Made by a program: the position numbers and the translations under genes
Origin: Mariprofundaceae bacterium
Lineage (GTDB): Bacteria > Pseudomonadota > Zetaproteobacteria > Mariprofundales > Mariprofundaceae
Assembly (NCBI GenBank): GCA_027018975.1
Contig: JALUXN010000275.1
Coordinates: forward strand, 1 to 35,608
Length of the DNA: 35,608 bases
Direction of reading: 5' to 3'
Shown here: positions 8,556-16,538 of the stretch, piece by piece
Layout: each line of letters opens with the position of its first letter
Position numbering within the stretch: position 1 is the stretch's first letter
Notes under the pieces: generated by a model
The model's database searches: none
What the model was told of the DNA's origin: nothing
Seen by the model: only the letters and a program-made list of their open reading frames with translations

Positions 8556-8578
8556 AGGGAGGCATCAGCCTCCCTTTT
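8556..8578 (+). terminator. Weak terminator or stabilising hairpin between the globins and the reductase
   Basis: AGGGAGGC-ATCA-GCCTCCCT followed by a short T run. Confidence 0.5.
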
Positions 8579-8626
8579 CCTTGCCCAAAATCACACCCGC
8601 CAACCCCATACATAGAAGGAACCAGC

Positions 8627-9595
8627 ATGCCCATTATCCGCTACGAAGGAAAAGATTACGACTGCCCCAGTGATGAGATACTGCTCGACAGCTTGGCGCA
8701 GCAAGGGGTCAAACTCCCCTCATCCTGCAAATCCGGCGCCTGCCAAACCTGCCTGACGCGCGCTATCAGCGGCACGCCGCCCGCTGCGGCACAGAAGGGG
8801 CTCAAAAGCACACTGGCAGCCCAAGGCTACTTCCTCGCCTGCCAGTGCAAGCCGGAGAGCGACATGGAGATCGGACTGGCTACCATCTCGCAAAAATTCT
8901 CCACCCGCCTCATCGACAAAATGGCTCTGAACGAAAGCGTCATCCGCCTGCGCCTGAGCAAACCCGACAACTTCGACTACCACGCCGGTCAATTCATCAA
9001 CCTCATCCGCCCCAGCGACGAGCTCACCCGCAGCTATTCGCTCGCCTCCCTGCCATCAGACGATGCACTGGAATTGCACATCAAACGGGTGCCCAAGGGC
9101 GCCATGAGCGGCTGGCTCTTCGATCACGTTGAAACAGGAGAGGAACTCGCCTTCTATGGCCCATCCGGCGACTGTTTCTACCTGCCGGAAGACCCAGAGC
9201 AACCGCTGCTGCTGGTCGGCGCCGGCACCGGTCTGGCGCCACTCTACGGCATTATCCAAGATGCACTGCAACAAGAGCACCGAGCACCCATCCACCTTTT
9301 CCACGGCAGCCTCGCCAAAGAAGGCCTCTATCTTATCCAAACACTGCGCGAACTGGACAATCAATATGCGCAATTTCACTACACGCCATGTGTCCTCCAC
9401 GGCGACTCTCCGCCCGGCGGCATGCAGGGCAATATCGGCGATCTGCCGGTTCAGGCGCTCGGCTCACTGAGTGGCTACCGCGTCTTTCTCTGTGGTGATC
9501 CGGCCATTGTCCGCACCTTGCGGCAAAATATTTTTATGGCCGGCGCATCCATGCAGGCGATCCACTCCGACCCCTTTGAATTTGCCGCCAGCTAA
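8627..9595 (+). CDS. [2Fe-2S] ferredoxin - FAD/NAD(P)H oxidoreductase (FNR family), likely globin reductase
   Basis: SCKSGACQTC...LACQC plant-type 2Fe-2S motif; RSYSLAS, GAMS, GAGTGLAP, FLCG and a terminal DPF. Confidence 0.9.
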   Translation: MPIIRYEGKDYDCPSDEILLDSLAQQGVKLPSSCKSGACQTCLTRAISGTPPAAAQKGLKSTLAAQGYFLACQCKPESDMEIGLATISQKFSTRLIDKMALNESVIRLRLSKPDNFDYHAGQFINLIRPSDELTRSYSLASLPSDDALELHIKRVPKGAMSGWLFDHVETGEELAFYGPSGDCFYLPEDPEQPLLLVGAGTGLAPLYGIIQDALQQEHRAPIHLFHGSLAKEGLYLIQTLRELDNQYAQFHYTPCVLHGDSPPGGMQGNIGDLPVQALGSLSGYRVFLCGDPAIVRTLRQNIFMAGASMQAIHSDPFEFAAS

Positions 9596-9646
9596 GCGTA
9601 CACCATGATATAAAACAGCCGTGCACAACCAACGCCAATATTCCCC

Positions 9647-9675
9647 TTGCATCACGCAATATGCACCGATAACAT
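9647..9675 (+). promoter_or_regulatory. Putative sigma70 promoter for the small membrane peptide gene
   Basis: TTGCAT (9647-9652), 17 bp, TAACAT (9670-9675). Confidence 0.4.
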
Positions 9676-9708
9676 CCCCCGCAGTGATTTCTATGGGAGG
9701 CATACATT

Positions 9709-9816
9709 ATGCACTGGAGTACCTTTATTCTTGCGTTTTCAATTTTCACCGTGATGGGACTGCTGTTACCGATCGCGCTCTCTTCCATTGCGGAGAAAGG
9801 TCGCACACACGGCTAA
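9709..9816 (+). CDS. Unannotated 35-aa single-TM peptide MHWSTFILAFSIFTVMGLLLPIALSSIAEKGRTHG, paralog of the di-globin N-terminus
   Basis: RBS GGAGG at 9696-9700, ATG 9709, TAA 9814-9816, followed by a terminator; 27/33 aa identical to residues 1-33 of the 7668 protein, with mostly synonymous DNA differences. Confidence 0.85.
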   Translation: MHWSTFILAFSIFTVMGLLLPIALSSIAEKGRTHG

Positions 9817-9831
9817 TTGCTTGAACACACG

Positions 9832-9865
9832 AAAAGCCCGGTCAGTTCGCTGCCGGGCTTTTTTT
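9832..9865 (+). terminator. Intrinsic terminator after the small peptide gene
   Basis: AAAAGCCCGG-TCAGTTCGCTG-CCGGGCTTTTTTT. Confidence 0.85.
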
Positions 9866-9924
9866 ATGCGCTTACCCCGATACAACAAGCGCGGCTCCAT
9901 CAACCAGTAGCATAGGAGGAAAAC

Positions 9925-10920
9925 ATGGTCTCAAACGGGCTCCAAAAAGCGGCGGATCAGCGCGCACTGCGCACCTTTGCGCTATGGATGGGCTGGGCGA
10001 TCTCCGCGCTAACCATGTTTGCCATGATGTCCCGCAGAGCCAATGTCATCAGCTTCGTGATGCACGACCAAACCCGCGTCACTTGGCTGATCATCGGCAT
10101 GTTTGTCCTCGGCGTTGCCGTCAGCTTTATTCAAGCTATGAAACTCACCACGGAATGGTTCCGCGCCTACCGCATCGAAGACACCCTCAAAATCCGCGGA
10201 CTCAGCGGCGTTGTCAAAAGCGGTGCCGGCCACTTGGTGGATCACTTTGTCGATGCCATGCAGGCGATTATTGACCGCAATGGCCGCATCGATGTCGATG
10301 CACTGATCAACGTCCAGTTCTCCTCGCAGCACCGCATCAGTCAATTTGTCGGCATGCTGGGCAATTTGATGATCACCCTCGGCCTGATCGGCACTGTACT
10401 CGGCATGACCATCACCATGAACGGCCTGAATGGTGCATTGGGCTCACTCGGTGTCGATCAGAGTCTGCTCATCGATGGTCTGCGCAGTGCCATGAACGGT
10501 ATGGGCGTCGCCTTTTACACGACGCTGATCGGTTCAGTACTCGGCGGCGTACTGCTGCGCGTCTTCTCATGGATCACCGACACCTCGGTCAATGGCCTGC
10601 AAGATCTCATGCTACGCAGCTGCATGGTCTATGCCTCCGCCGACATGGAACCGAACGAACAGCGCAACATCAAAGCCCTCGACGCCAGCGTCGAACAGCT
10701 CCAGCAGCGTATCGAACTGTTGAACCTCGCCCTGCAGGCCAGCCGCAACGAAATGAGTCAGCTACGCCAAGAAGCCACCCAGATGCACGAAGACCTGGAT
10801 GAACTGGCCAAGCACGACCCAATCCGCAAACTGGCCGCCGGCCACGCCCGCTACGCGCTGAGCATCCACCCCGGCCCTATCACCCGTCTCAAAAACCTCT
10901 TCACCAAGCAGCAAGATTAA
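9925..10920 (+). CDS. MotA/TolQ/ExbB-family proton-channel subunit with a C-terminal coiled-coil tail
   Basis: RBS AGGAGG; four hydrophobic segments; LGLIGTVLGM and GMGVAFYTTLIG signatures; heptad-like tail (LDASVEQLQQRIELLNLALQASRNEMSQLRQE). Confidence 0.82.
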   Translation: MVSNGLQKAADQRALRTFALWMGWAISALTMFAMMSRRANVISFVMHDQTRVTWLIIGMFVLGVAVSFIQAMKLTTEWFRAYRIEDTLKIRGLSGVVKSGAGHLVDHFVDAMQAIIDRNGRIDVDALINVQFSSQHRISQFVGMLGNLMITLGLIGTVLGMTITMNGLNGALGSLGVDQSLLIDGLRSAMNGMGVAFYTTLIGSVLGGVLLRVFSWITDTSVNGLQDLMLRSCMVYASADMEPNEQRNIKALDASVEQLQQRIELLNLALQASRNEMSQLRQEATQMHEDLDELAKHDPIRKLAAGHARYALSIHPGPITRLKNLFTKQQD

Positions 10921-10926
10921 ACGCAC

Positions 10927-11757
10927 ATGCGCCAACAACGATCCAACCAGCAGGATAATTTCTACGAAATTTTCTCGGATATGGCGCTGCTCATGCTCGC
11001 TGCATTTATCTTTCTCTTCGCACTGATCCTGATCAACGCGCAGCTGCAGGGCAGCGGTAAAACCAAGGAGATGCTCGATCAAATCGCCGCGCTGCAGGCA
11101 CAGCTGAAAGATGCCGGTCGAGAGAACCAATCACTGCAGCAACAGATCAACAGCCTCGCCAGTGTTGATGCCCAGCAGCAGATGGAGAATGTGCAGGCGT
11201 TGATTCAGGGCGGCACTGTCCAAAATAAGATCAATCAGGTACTGCTCAGCGCCGACATGGCCAGCGGCCGAGGCAAGCACGACTTCGACATGTTTGTAAG
11301 AGGATTGCATGACCTGCCGGGTCGCGACCTGCATCTGGTGGTCGATGCCACCGGTTCCATGCACGGTGTGACCACGTTCCTCATTCCCGTACTACGCCTG
11401 ATCGCCATTCGTTCCGGCAAACACCTATCAGCCGTCAGCTGGTATGCCGATCGCAAGAGTGGTACATATACCGGCAGTATGGCGGAGATGTTTGATCAAC
11501 TGATGCAGAATGCCCCCTTTGTCGGCACCGATGAAACCATCGGCCACACACTCCGTTATATCAAAGAGAACTCGCCGATTCCCAGCGCATATCTACTCAT
11601 CGGCGACGAACCACCCACCGATGAAATTCGCTATCTGGAGATCCCCGCGCCTGTCTTCACCCTGCCGCTGGGCACCAGCGACGACAACACCAAGATCGCA
11701 TTCAAAACCATTGCCGAAAAAACTGGCGGCAAGATGCTTACACTAAAATTTCAGTAA
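10927..11757 (+). CDS. MotB/ZorB-like single-TM protein with a coiled coil and a C-terminal vWA domain
   Basis: N-terminal FYEIFSDMALLMLAAFIFLFALIL with the conserved TM Asp; Gln-rich coiled coil; vWA motifs LHLVVDATGSM (MIDAS-like), LLIGDEPP and IAEKTGGK. Confidence 0.75.
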   Translation: MRQQRSNQQDNFYEIFSDMALLMLAAFIFLFALILINAQLQGSGKTKEMLDQIAALQAQLKDAGRENQSLQQQINSLASVDAQQQMENVQALIQGGTVQNKINQVLLSADMASGRGKHDFDMFVRGLHDLPGRDLHLVVDATGSMHGVTTFLIPVLRLIAIRSGKHLSAVSWYADRKSGTYTGSMAEMFDQLMQNAPFVGTDETIGHTLRYIKENSPIPSAYLLIGDEPPTDEIRYLEIPAPVFTLPLGTSDDNTKIAFKTIAEKTGGKMLTLKFQ

Positions 11758-12314
11758 CCCGCAGCAACAGGCGCTGCCGCCGGCGCGCTGAAAAAGATCG
11801 CCACAATCACCATATGCACCACATAACCGACTGCATACGTCGATAATGCCGGCACGGCGATAATCATCGCAGCCATCGCTGCAGAGACCTTCAAACGCTC
11901 CACCAACGCAGTCCAGAGCAGATAGAGCCCCCACGCGCTCCCTACCATGCTCGCCACCGGAATATAGATCACCATCGCCGGTGTCGAGGCATAGCTGACC
12001 ATCTGAAACGCATTCGCCGGCCCCAGTTTCTTCTTAGCCAGCGTCCGAACAGCCCAGGCAATATATTTTCCCCACAGCCAAGTCAGCAGCAGCGTTACGC
12101 CCCAGCTCACCGGCACCATAAAGAGCAGTGTCCACTGATAGAATGGCACCCCTACGAACGAAGCAATAAAGACCAGAAATGTCGTATAAAAAAAGGCGTT
12201 GCCATAAAACGCCGCAGTCGGCATCTCTGTAAAAAACTGTTTCGGCGCCACCAACAAGCTACGCACCGCCGGCAAAAAGGTGGACAACATTTGATTCTTA
12301 TCAAAATAGTTCAT
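11751..12314 (-). CDS. Yip1-family membrane protein
   Basis: LLVAPKQFF...M, five TM helices, VSYASTP motif typical of bacterial YIP1 proteins. Confidence 0.7.
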   Translation of the reverse strand: MNYFDKNQMLSTFLPAVRSLLVAPKQFFTEMPTAAFYGNAFFYTTFLVFIASFVGVPFYQWTLLFMVPVSWGVTLLLTWLWGKYIAWAVRTLAKKKLGPANAFQMVSYASTPAMVIYIPVASMVGSAWGLYLLWTALVERLKVSAAMAAMIIAVPALSTYAVGYVVHMVIVAIFFSAPAAAPVAAGY

Positions 12315-12326
12315 ATAAACTCCATA

Positions 12327-12623
12327 TTATGATTTATCAGACAGTTCAGAAAAAAACTCGCGATATGCTGGCCGCCGACCCAGCCAGAGGCGAGTCAGGG
12401 CGAACGACACCGCTTTCAAACGGATCAGAATCAGCAGCATAACCACGCTGGAGATGCCCATCACCCACAGTCCGCCGCTCAACCCCTTATCGACCAGCAT
12501 CGCGTAGGTGAAAAAATAGATCGACATGGTCAGCGCGAAGAGCACGCCGATGGCGACGGCGATATTCTCCTGCACCTTGCGGATGTGCGCCTCGATCGCT
12601 TCTCTCTCGTGCATCTCACCCAT
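12327..12623 (-). CDS. Hypothetical two-TM membrane protein (~98 aa)
   Basis: ATG 1 nt after the purH stop (MGEMHEREAIE...); two hydrophobic helices. The longer ORF-track start overlaps purH. Confidence 0.6.
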   Translation of the reverse strand: MGEMHEREAIEAHIRKVQENIAVAIGVLFALTMSIYFFTYAMLVDKGLSGGLWVMGISSVVMLLILIRLKAVSFALTRLWLGRRPAYREFFSELSDKS

Positions 12624-12624
12624 G

Positions 12625-14187
12625 TTAGTGGCGGAAATGGCGAATGCCGGTGAAGACCATGGCGATATTCTGCTCGTTGGCAGCGGCAATCACCTCATCG
12701 TCACGAATCGAGCCACCTGGCTGAATCACCGCCGTCGCTCCCGCTTCGGCCAACGCATCCAGTCCGTCGCGGAAAGGGAAGAAGGCATCCGACGCCACCG
12801 CCGAACCCTTGATCGCCTCGCCACCGTGGTGGGCGGCAATGCGGGTGGAGTTGACGCGGTTCATCTGCCCGGCGCCAACGCCGAGGGTGGTGCCATTTTT
12901 GGCAAAGACAATGGCATTGGATTTCACATGCTTGGCGACCGACCAGGCAAAGAGCATATCACGCCACTCCTGCTCGCTCGGCGCCCGCTCAGTAATCACC
13001 CGGCAGGCATCGCGATCCAGAATATGCGCATCGCGCTGCTGCACCAACAAACCACCATTGACCCGCTTAAACTCGTAACCGCCGCGCACCGGCGCTGCCG
13101 ACGGCGCCAGCATCAGACGCAGATTCTTGCGCTCTTTCAGAATCGCCTGCGCCTCATCGGAGAAGCCCGGCGCAATCACCACCTCCATAAAGGTCTCGGC
13201 GATCAACGCCGCCGCACCGGCAGTCAGCTCACGATTAAAGGCGGCAATACCGCCAAAGGCAGAGACCGCATCGGCTGCCCGCGCCCGCTCATAGATCTCC
13301 GCCTGCGTACCGCCGCCCATCGCCACGCCACACGGATTGGCGTGTTTGACAATCACCACCGCCTCATCCTCCAGATCGCGCACCAGCGCAAAGGCGGCAT
13401 CGGCATCGGCGATATTGTTGTAGGAGATCGCCTTACCCTGCGTCACCACGCAATCGGCCATCGAGACACCATCATCTTCCGGATCAGCATAAAACGCACC
13501 GGCCTGATGCGGGTTCTCACCATAACGCAGCTCATTTTCAGTCTTGATGAATTGACGGGTAAAAATATCAGGAAATTCACGCTTGCTGCCATCGGCGTTA
13601 AGCGCGGAGAAGTGGTTGGCGATGGCACCATCGTAGGCCGCTGTGTGGGCAAATGCTTTGACCGCCAGCGCCCGCCGGCGGGATTCATCCAACGTGCCAT
13701 CACGTACTGCGCCGAGCACCATCTCATAGTCGCCGGGGTCAACCACCACCGTCACAAAGCGGTGATTCTTCGCCGATGCGCGCACCATGCAGGGGCCGCC
13801 AATGTCGATATTCTCAATCGCATCGTCGATCGTACACCCATCCTTGGCCACCGCCTCACGGAAGGGATAGAGATTCACACAGACCAGATCGATCTGCTCG
13901 ATACCGTGCTCGGCCATCGAGGCGAGATCACCCGCATTGTCGCGCCGCGCCAGAATCCCGCCATGCACCTTCGGATTGAGCGTCTTCACGCGCCCATCCA
14001 TCATCTCCGGAAAGCCCGTGTAATCAGACACATCGCGGCAAGCAACGCCCGCCTCGCGCAGCAGCTTCGCCGTGCCGCCGGTAGAGAGAATATCGACACC
14101 CATCTCCGCCAACGCCGCAGCAAATTCGCTCACGCCCGTTTTATCCGACACACTGATCAGTGCACGCTTGATCGGCTGTTCTGTCAT
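12625..14187 (-). CDS. purH: Bifunctional AICAR transformylase/IMP cyclohydrolase
   Basis: [63 protein letters not shown]; start set at MTEQP by RBS spacing. Confidence 0.98.
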   Translation of the reverse strand: MTEQPIKRALISVSDKTGVSEFAAALAEMGVDILSTGGTAKLLREAGVACRDVSDYTGFPEMMDGRVKTLNPKVHGGILARRDNAGDLASMAEHGIEQIDLVCVNLYPFREAVAKDGCTIDDAIENIDIGGPCMVRASAKNHRFVTVVVDPGDYEMVLGAVRDGTLDESRRRALAVKAFAHTAAYDGAIANHFSALNADGSKREFPDIFTRQFIKTENELRYGENPHQAGAFYADPEDDGVSMADCVVTQGKAISYNNIADADAAFALVRDLEDEAVVIVKHANPCGVAMGGGTQAEIYERARAADAVSAFGGIAAFNRELTAGAAALIAETFMEVVIAPGFSDEAQAILKERKNLRLMLAPSAAPVRGGYEFKRVNGGLLVQQRDAHILDRDACRVITERAPSEQEWRDMLFAWSVAKHVKSNAIVFAKNGTTLGVGAGQMNRVNSTRIAAHHGGEAIKGSAVASDAFFPFRDGLDALAEAGATAVIQPGGSIRDDEVIAAANEQNIAMVFTGIRHFRH

Positions 14188-14226
14188 AAACACCATCCTA
14201 TCTCTTAAAATGAAAGGTCGGCGAGC

Positions 14227-15132
14227 CTACGCATCAACCGCGCCCTCGCAACACGTGATCGCATGTTTCAGCGAGAACTCCACCGTCTGCGTCTGAATCG
14301 CATGCCGCGCCCCGCTGCACTGCAGGCACCAACTGTGCAGCTGTTGAACCCCATCCACACCCGGCCACGCCACCGCCAGCCAGACCGTGCCGACCGGCTT
14401 CTCCAGCGACCCCCCACCGGGCCCGGCAATGCCGCTGACCGCAATGCAGAGATGGCGTTCGCCCGCGCCGCCCGCCGCCATCGCACGCACCACCGGCTCA
14501 CTCACCGCACCATATCGCGCCAGCAGTGCGGGTTCCACCCCAACCATCTCCGCTTTGGCCTGATTGCAATAGGTGATCCAGCCGCGATCCACAACAGCCG
14601 ATGCTCCAGGCACCGCGCACAACTGCGCCGCAATCGCGCCGCCCGTGCAGGACTCCACCGTGCGCAACAGCCAACCGCGCCGCTGAAGCGCAGCCAACAA
14701 CTGCTCCGCCGGCGTCATCGACAGCCCATCCACACATTCTGCCCCCATCAACGCCGCCAACCAGCGCGCACGGCAGTAGATCAGATCCCCCAGCGGCAGC
14801 AACACCGCCCGCTGATCGCCCGATAGCGCCAGCCAGCCGCTGCGCGGCGGATTCTCCAGCGCTAGGGCCTCCAGCTGCCACCCCGCGCCACGCAGCTGGT
14901 CAGCCATCGCATCCAGCCATGCTGCTTCCGCCACCACCAAGATCCGCACCGCCGACCACGCCACATCCCGAGGCGAAGCCAGCAACGACAACGACACCCG
15001 CGCCGCCCCCGCTTCCCTCAACCAGCGCCGCAACCAGTCACTGGTCAAGCCGGCCACCACCATATCGTTGAACGCCACCTCGCTAAGCAACAGCTGCACA
15101 TCCCTAGCCGCCAAAGAACGCACCTCCGCCAA
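14227..15132 (-). CDS. CinA/PncC-family NMN deamidase with a divergent N-terminal extension
   Basis: C-terminal half has VESCTGG, VPGAS, YCNQAK, GAVSEPVVRAMA and SGIAGPGGGSLEKPVGTVW; the first ~140 aa are unrecognised. Confidence 0.85.
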   Translation of the reverse strand: MAEVRSLAARDVQLLLSEVAFNDMVVAGLTSDWLRRWLREAGAARVSLSLLASPRDVAWSAVRILVVAEAAWLDAMADQLRGAGWQLEALALENPPRSGWLALSGDQRAVLLPLGDLIYCRARWLAALMGAECVDGLSMTPAEQLLAALQRRGWLLRTVESCTGGAIAAQLCAVPGASAVVDRGWITYCNQAKAEMVGVEPALLARYGAVSEPVVRAMAAGGAGERHLCIAVSGIAGPGGGSLEKPVGTVWLAVAWPGVDGVQQLHSWCLQCSGARHAIQTQTVEFSLKHAITCCEGAVDA

Positions 15133-15631
15133 CCAACAGCGCCATCACCAGCAGCGCGCCCAACAGCCCCGCTGCCAGATCATCGGCCATAATCGACCAC
15201 CAATCCGGCCCCAGCCGCTCAATCGCCGAAATCGGCCACGGCTTGACAATATCGAACAGCCGAAACGCCACAAATGCGACCAGCGCCAACCACAGTCCAT
15301 CCGGCAGCCAGTCAGCCAGCAGCACCATCGCCAACCACTGCCCCGCCCACTCATCGATCACAATCCAGCCGGGATCATGATCACCCGACATCTGCGGCAA
15401 CAGCCGTGCGCAAACCGCGCAACCAAGCCACGTCACCACGACTGTCGCGACCAGCAAAGCTGTCACGCCGAAGAACTCGATCAGCAGCCACGCCGGCAGC
15501 AATGAGAAGAGCGAACCCCATGTCCCCGGCGCTTTGGGCAACCAGCCACTGCCGAAGCCCGCCGCCACCCACGCCAGCGGCGTGCGCGGTGTAGAAGATG
15601 CATGCGATTCAGCTGAAATGGTCAAATCCAC
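15104..15631 (-). CDS. pgpA: Phosphatidylglycerophosphatase A
   Basis: GFGSG...KAPGTWGS, HDPGWIVIDEWAGQW, FRLFDIVKPWPI, IMADD; directly after thiL. Confidence 0.95.
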   Translation of the reverse strand: MDLTISAESHASSTPRTPLAWVAAGFGSGWLPKAPGTWGSLFSLLPAWLLIEFFGVTALLVATVVVTWLGCAVCARLLPQMSGDHDPGWIVIDEWAGQWLAMVLLADWLPDGLWLALVAFVAFRLFDIVKPWPISAIERLGPDWWSIMADDLAAGLLGALLVMALLVGGGAFFGG

Positions 15632-16538
15632 CCTCCAATTGCGTCAAATCCAATGGTTCCCCGTGCAGCTGCATCCGCACCCCCGCCACCGCATCACAGC
15701 GGCCAACGCATGCCGCCAGTTCACCGGGAATCTCCACTGCCGCCGGCGCAGTAAAGAGCAGCGCATAATCTTCGCCACCTGCAGCCGCCAACTGCAGCGC
15801 ACGCGCCTCCCCCGCCTCGGCAACGAGCCAATCCCAACGCGGCAGCTGCGCCACATCGATCTCTATGCCCACCCCAGAATCCGTCGCCAAATGCCCCGCA
15901 TCCTGCAGCAGTCCGTCGCTCACATCGATGCAGCAACGCACCCCCAGCTTACGCAACCGCACACCTGCAGCCAGCTGCGGCGTAATGCTCATCTGTTGTT
16001 TCGCCGCCTCACGCTCGCCCGCCAACCACGCCTGCAGCCCTAAAGCATGCAGGCCAACCGCACCAATCAGATAGAGGCGATCCCCCGACTGCGCGCGATC
16101 ACGCCGCATGGCACTGCCCACCGGCAGCTGACCGCACACCGTCACCGACAGCGCCGGCAGCGGACTGCGACAGCTATCGCCACCTGCCAGCTCCACCCCA
16201 TGACGGCGCAATGCCGCCACCGCGCCCAGCCCCAGCAGTTCAAATGATGCCACATCCGGTGCCATCACATTCAACCACACCGCCAACGGCTCCGCCCCCA
16301 TCGCGGCTAGGTCCGAGAGCGCCGAGCAGAGCGCCCGATCGGCGGCCACATCAAGCGGAAAATCCTCCGGCCAGTGCACCCCCTGCACACTCGAATCGCT
16401 ACTCACCACCAGCTCCATCCCCGCAGCCGGCGCATGGATCGACGCATCATCGCCAATCCCCAGCCGCGTAAAGGGATGCGACACCAAATCCGCCCGCCGA
16501 AAGAGGCGATCAATCAAGCCAAATTCACCCGCCGCCAT
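15609..16538 (-). CDS. thiL: Thiamine-monophosphate kinase
   Basis: Start re-assigned to MAAGEFGLIDRLF; GIGDDA, LSDLAAMGAEP, GGD, IDVSDGL, GGEDYALLFT, GFDHF. Confidence 0.95.
   Translation of the reverse strand: MAAGEFGLIDRLFRRADLVSHPFTRLGIGDDASIHAPAAGMELVVSSDSSVQGVHWPEDFPLDVAADRALCSALSDLAAMGAEPLAVWLNVMAPDVASFELLGLGAVAALRRHGVELAGGDSCRSPLPALSVTVCGQLPVGSAMRRDRAQSGDRLYLIGAVGLHALGLQAWLAGEREAAKQQMSITPQLAAGVRLRKLGVRCCIDVSDGLLQDAGHLATDSGVGIEIDVAQLPRWDWLVAEAGEARALQLAAAGGEDYALLFTAPAAVEIPGELAACVGRCDAVAGVRMQLHGEPLDLTQLEGGFDHFS

Noticed and set aside
9621-9824. 67-aa + strand ORF in the track
   Set aside because: No RBS or homology; the overlapping 9709-9816 frame has an RBS and paralog support.
9925-11757. 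Calling the pair a Zorya defence system
   Set aside because: No OmpA-like domain in B, a short tail in A, and no zorC/D/E effectors nearby; kept only as an analogy.
12526-14208. 560-aa + strand ORF
   Set aside because: Antisense shadow of purH with no recognisable motifs; expected from GC-rich codon bias.
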